Shown: piece by piece, positions 59,898 through 64,000 of the stretch
Numbering within the stretch: the first letter of the stretch is position 1
Layout: every line of letters begins with the position of its first letter
From: Vicinamibacteria bacterium
Lineage (GTDB): Bacteria; Acidobacteriota; Vicinamibacteria; Marinacidobacterales; Marinacidobacteraceae
Length of the DNA: 64,000 bases
Assembly (NCBI GenBank): GCA_963668695.2
Contig: CAXXLQ010000004.1
Coordinates: forward strand, 1,984,001-2,048,000
Direction of reading: 5' to 3'
Program-made: the position numbers and the translations under genes
The notes under the pieces: model-generated
Told to the model about the DNA's origin: nothing
The model's database searches: none
The model's input: only the letters and a program-made list of their open reading frames with translations

Positions 59898-60413
59898 CTA
59901 CGACGAGTTCGTGCAGCCGGACAGATCGCATGAGACGCTGATCGGATCGCAGCCGGCGGTTCCCGCGCGGACTTCCAGTTCCGAGATCCATTCGAGCGTC
60001 ATCGTCTGCCGGAAGCCGTCGCCCTCCGGCGCGAAGGCGAGATCCGAGACGAACACTCCGATCGTGGGACGAAGGCTGGGGACGTCCAGGTTGGCGCCGC
60101 CTTCGGGGACCTCGATGGTGTACGGCGACGCGAAGTGGAGGCCGACATCCGGGTCGGCTGCCACGAGCGTCAGTTCGCCGCGCGCGATTTCGGTGGCATC
60201 GCCCTGGCCCAGAAAGGCGACTTGAAGCGACACTTCGCTGCAGGGGTCGGGAGGTGGTGGAGGAGGTGGTGCAGGAGGAGGCGATGACGGGGGCGTCTGA
60301 ACCGCGGGCGCCGGAGATGGGGCGGCCGGGGTCAAGCTATCCGTGCATCCCAGCAACGACAGCATTCCGACGGCGATCAGGGCAGTCCCAATTCTGCGTG
60401 CGAGCCGAATCAT
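59898..60413 (-). CDS. Hypothetical lipoprotein with proline-rich linker
   Basis: LLGC lipobox, poly-Pro; start overlaps the upstream stop. Confidence 0.7.
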   Translation of the reverse strand: MIRLARRIGTALIAVGMLSLLGCTDSLTPAAPSPAPAVQTPPSSPPPAPPPPPPPDPCSEVSLQVAFLGQGDATEIARGELTLVAADPDVGLHFASPYTIEVPEGGANLDVPSLRPTIGVFVSDLAFAPEGDGFRQTMTLEWISELEVRAGTAGCDPISVSCDLSGCTNSS

Positions 60414-61456
60414 CCCGGGGTCACCTCGCGTCCGGGATGGACGACGATCTCAACTTCCTCGAGCACCTCGTCGGCTTCGACACGTACCCACCGCCACTGG
60501 TCGAGGAACTCCGATGCACCGGCCGCGTCGGCGTCGGGAGTCATAGGGTGGGCGTTCCGGCGGGTCACCAGGATGGGATGCACCCACAGCATCCAGTGTC
60601 CCGGGGAGAGGCCCTCGAGATGGAAATCGCCATTTTTGTCTGCGAACGTCCCGGGGCCGGGGCGGGTGGGGATGCCGGATTCGCCCGGCCGCACCGCCTG
60701 CACATAGGCGAATGCCGCGGGCCGTTCCTCGAGGACCACGCTCCCGCGCACCGAACCGCGCGATTTGAGGAAGCCGGGCGCCGGATAGAGCAGCGAGACG
60801 GGGACCGTGTCGTCTTCGGGCAGTTCCAACCCGTAGGAATTCGAATACGACATCACCGGATCGGGCAGAAAGGCCGGGTCCGCTTTCACCGGGCGATCCG
60901 TCCAGAGCGGCATCGGGTGCGGCTCGGTGTGTCCGAGCCCCAGGCAGTGGCCCATCTCGTGGACGGCCACGACCTCGAGGAGCCGGTCGGGATCCTGCGG
61001 CGACCAGTTCTTGACGAAGTCGGGATTCACCTCGATGTCACAACCGACCAGTTTGTTGCCGTCGAACCGCCAGGCCGCCCGCGCGGTGATCCAGGAATCC
61101 ACGAAATCCTCGTCGGAAGAAAAGCCGATGGTATTGACGCCGTCATCCATGTCGGCCTGCGACAGAGCCACGGTTTCCTCCTCCAGCACGATCTCGATGC
61201 GGGCCGTCGGAATGCCGGTCCAGTGGACCAGGCTCCGCTCCACGAGCTCGGTCCAGCCCGTTTGCGTGAGGTCCACGTCGGCCGGCAGGTTGTCGTTCTC
61301 CAGCATCCGGAAGCGGAGCGGGAAATCGGACTCGGCCCAGTGGAGCGCCTCGGCGGAAGAAAGCGTCCACGCCGAGCCGCGCAGCCGGTAGCCGTCCGCG
61401 GTCCCGACCGCCCCCAGGATCGCGAGACCCGCCGCTACGAGACCCCAGCGCCTCAC
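60410..61456 (-). CDS. Matrixin (M10-like) zinc metalloprotease
   Basis: HEMGHCLGLGH, Met-turn PVMSY. Confidence 0.88.
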   Translation of the reverse strand: MRRWGLVAAGLAILGAVGTADGYRLRGSAWTLSSAEALHWAESDFPLRFRMLENDNLPADVDLTQTGWTELVERSLVHWTGIPTARIEIVLEEETVALSQADMDDGVNTIGFSSDEDFVDSWITARAAWRFDGNKLVGCDIEVNPDFVKNWSPQDPDRLLEVVAVHEMGHCLGLGHTEPHPMPLWTDRPVKADPAFLPDPVMSYSNSYGLELPEDDTVPVSLLYPAPGFLKSRGSVRGSVVLEERPAAFAYVQAVRPGESGIPTRPGPGTFADKNGDFHLEGLSPGHWMLWVHPILVTRRNAHPMTPDADAAGASEFLDQWRWVRVEADEVLEEVEIVVHPGREVTPG

Positions 61457-62535
61457 GACTCGCCGTCCGCTTCGATCGGCGTGGACAGCGTCCCGATCCC
61501 CTCGATCTCGATGTGGACCGTCTGGCCCGGACTCAGGAACTCCGGCGGTTCGCGCCCCGACCCGACCCCGTCCGGGGTGCCGGTGGCGATCACGTCACCC
61601 GGGTGGAGGGTCATGATCTGACTCGCGTAGGCGACGAGGTGGGCGACCGAATAGATCATGTCGGCGGTGGCGCCGTCCTGTACCACCCGATCGTCGATCC
61701 GGGTGGTGAGGCGAAGCGCCTGGGGATCGGGAAGGAAGGCGCTCGGGGTGACGTAGGGACCCATGGGGGCGGCGCGGTCGCCGCTCTTGCCGGAGAACCA
61801 GTCGGGTCCGGGCAGCATCGGGTTCTCGCGATAGCGCCCGCCCCGGTCGCTCACGTCGAAGACGACGGTGTAGCCGAACACGTAGTCGAGGGCCTCATCG
61901 AGCGGGACCCGGCGGGCCGTCTTTCCGATGACCACCCCGAGTTCGCCTTCCCAGTCGATCCGGTCGCGGCCGGGCGGGATCCGGTAGGCCTCTCCCGTTC
62001 CGATGATCCCCGAGCGGGCGGACTTGGCGAAGAGGTAGGGCGCGTCCCGGTCCGGGTCCACCTCCTGCTCCACGTTCATTTCGGCGGCGTGCGAGCGGTA
62101 GTTCGCGGCCGCCGCCAGCAGGTTCGCCGGGTAGAGGAGCGGCGCGGTCAGCCGATGCGGCTCGACGCGGAAGCGGAACCCGTCCTCGCGACCCTCGAAA
62201 TGGTTGGCGAGCTGGTTCAGCCGGGCGGTGGCGGAGTCCCCGGCGGCGATCACCGCGATCAGGTCTTCGGCGAAGCCGAACGGCGAGGCGCCGGTCTCGG
62301 TGGCGAAGAGGGCGTCGGCGGCGGCGAGGTCCAGCATGGTGTCCCCGATGACGATCGCCGGACGGGGCGCCCCGTCGCCGGCGTCCGAGGCGCGGTAGGT
62401 GGCCAGCCGGTAGGGAGTCAGGGGATCGGGGGAAGGCAGCGCGATGTCGCTCGAGCCGCCGCAGCCGGCCAGGCCGAGGAGAATTCCGGCCGCCGCCAGG
62501 ATCCCGGTGGACGCTTTCTTTCGAACGGAGAACAT
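61453..62535 (-). CDS. FAH family protein with lipoprotein signal
   Basis: ANYRSH, DWEGELG, DVSDR, GDVIATGTPDGVG; LAGC lipobox. Confidence 0.9.
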   Translation of the reverse strand: MFSVRKKASTGILAAAGILLGLAGCGGSSDIALPSPDPLTPYRLATYRASDAGDGAPRPAIVIGDTMLDLAAADALFATETGASPFGFAEDLIAVIAAGDSATARLNQLANHFEGREDGFRFRVEPHRLTAPLLYPANLLAAAANYRSHAAEMNVEQEVDPDRDAPYLFAKSARSGIIGTGEAYRIPPGRDRIDWEGELGVVIGKTARRVPLDEALDYVFGYTVVFDVSDRGGRYRENPMLPGPDWFSGKSGDRAAPMGPYVTPSAFLPDPQALRLTTRIDDRVVQDGATADMIYSVAHLVAYASQIMTLHPGDVIATGTPDGVGSGREPPEFLSPGQTVHIEIEGIGTLSTPIEADGES

Positions 62536-62607
62536 GATCCGATTAGCCTATCCGAGCGTTCTCGCGTCTGCCGGCCCCGGTGGCCGGATTTCCCGTGGAG
62601 GGATCCC

Positions 62608-62979
62608 ATGCTGCGTCTGCTTCTCGTCCTCTCTCTCGGCCTGCTGGTCGGGTTCGCTTCCGGTTCCCGCTTCGCCGGCGGGCAGGAGCAGCGTTCCCGC
62701 CGCGAGCCGCAGTTCGAAAACGAACATCTCAAGGTCTGGAAGACGCTCGTCTACCCGGACCAGCCGCTCTCCATGCACCGTCACGAGAACGGCCGCGCGA
62801 TCGTGGCGCTCCGGGGCGGAACCCTCCACGTAGTGACCGAGGAGGGGAAGGAAAAGGCCATGCACTGGGAGGACGGCAAGGCCTACTGGCTCGACGCCGA
62901 CCCGCCGGGCGAACTGCACGGGGACGTGAACCGGGGGGCCGATCCCATCGAGGTCATCGTCCTCGAACTTCAGCGCTGA
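62608..62979 (+). CDS. Secreted cupin protein
   Basis: GGAGG RBS, signal peptide, FENEHLKVW, MHRHE, LHGDVN. Confidence 0.82.
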   Translation: MLRLLLVLSLGLLVGFASGSRFAGGQEQRSRREPQFENEHLKVWKTLVYPDQPLSMHRHENGRAIVALRGGTLHVVTEEGKEKAMHWEDGKAYWLDADPPGELHGDVNRGADPIEVIVLELQR

Positions 62980-62981
62980 GC

Positions 62982-64000
62982 GTGAGCCCCACGGAGCGCA
63001 GGCCGGTCGGGTTCGGCCTGATCGGGACCGGGATGGCGGGCGGCTTCAGCGCCCGCGAGCTGGAGTTCGTCGAGGGCGGGTTCCTGGCCGCGGTCTGCTC
63101 CCGCGACCCGGAGGGGGTCCGCGCCTTCGCGGCCGAGCACGGGAACCCCCGCGCCTACACCGACTACCGCGATCTGATCGCCGATCCGGAGGTGGAGGTG
63201 GTGGTCATCACCAGTCCCACCGGCCTCCACGCGGAGATGACCCTGGCGGCGGCGGACGCCGGGCGCCACGTGCTGGTCGAGAAGCCACTGGAAGCGACGG
63301 TCGAGGCGGGCGAGCGGATGGTTGAGCACTGCCGGCAACGGGGAGTGCGGCTCGGGGTGATCTTCCAGATGCGCTTCGGGCGGGTTGCGGACATGCTCCG
63401 GGAGCTGCTCGGAAGCGGGGGGCTCGGCGAGATCTGGCTGGCCGACGCCTTCGACAAGGCGAGCCGGTCCCCGTCCTACTACCGGCGGGCGGCCTGGCGC
63501 GGTACCGCCGCGCTCGAGGGCGGCGGCTGCCTGATGACCCAGTCCATCCACATCATTGATCTCCTCCAGCACCTCGTGGGGCCGGTCGCCTCGGTAATCG
63601 GGCGGACCGCCACCCGGCGGCACGCGATCGAGGTGGAGGACGTCGCCACCGCGATGCTCCGTTTCGAAAATGGCGCGATGGGGGTCGTGGAGAGCACCAC
63701 CGCGATCCGGCCCGCGCTCCGTTCGCGGCTCGAGATCCACGGCGAGCGGGGGACGGTGATCGCGAACGCGCAGTACGACCAGTTCCTGGTGTGGGACGTC
63801 GAAGGCGTCCCCGGGCCCGAAGGACTGCCGGAGAGTACGGACTGGGTGGATACCGACGACCCCTGGGCCTACCCGCAGACGCGCCACCGGGTGCAGCTTC
63901 AGGACATGGCGGACGCGGTGCGGGAGGGGAGGGATCCGGTGCTCACCGGGGAGGAAGCGCTCCGCTCCCTCCGGGTGGTGAAGGCGATTCAGCAGTCCTC
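62982..64000 (+). CDS. Gfo/Idh/MocA oxidoreductase (runs off window end)
   Basis: Manual translation: MSPTERRPVGFGLIGTGMAG...SPTGLH...HVLVEKP...GGGCLMTQSIH..D. Confidence 0.9.
   Translation, partial: MSPTERRPVGFGLIGTGMAGGFSARELEFVEGGFLAAVCSRDPEGVRAFAAEHGNPRAYTDYRDLIADPEVEVVVITSPTGLHAEMTLAAADAGRHVLVEKPLEATVEAGERMVEHCRQRGVRLGVIFQMRFGRVADMLRELLGSGGLGEIWLADAFDKASRSPSYYRRAAWRGTAALEGGGCLMTQSIHIIDLLQHLVGPVASVIGRTATRRHAIEVEDVATAMLRFENGAMGVVESTTAIRPALRSRLEIHGERGTVIANAQYDQFLVWDVEGVPGPEGLPESTDWVDTDDPWAYPQTRHRVQLQDMADAVREGRDPVLTGEEALRSLRVVKAIQQS

Overview
GC-rich bacterial chromosomal window, probably Acidobacteriota (inferred from an Oar-like TonB receptor, ASPIC/UnbV-TPR-multiheme genes and many exported hydrolases). 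It holds about 45 CDSs, mostly exported amino-acid/peptide/amide-scavenging enzymes, plus glnS, ggt, a soxC/soxD-like pair, a PP2C/binding-protein/histidine-kinase cassette, two TonB receptors and three VapBC-type TA loci, two with broken toxins. Intergenic DNA is full of non-autonomous repeats: 8 copies or multimers of a TIR-bounded MITE, REP-like hairpins, ~355-bp, ~206-bp and ~82-bp tandem arrays, and a 15-bp motif (AGTTCTCCCGGTGGG) found about 26 times inside those repeats. No transposase and no CRISPR array were seen. Top leads: a highly structured ~280-nt candidate ncRNA behind a near-consensus sigma70 promoter (41606-41921); a UGA-recoded ArsC-like selenoprotein whose N-terminus the ORF track misses (2339-2725); the 15-bp micro-insertion; and a periplasmic permuted DAO / lipoprotein RidA / Tat-HD cluster. 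All calls are by eye; no searches were run.
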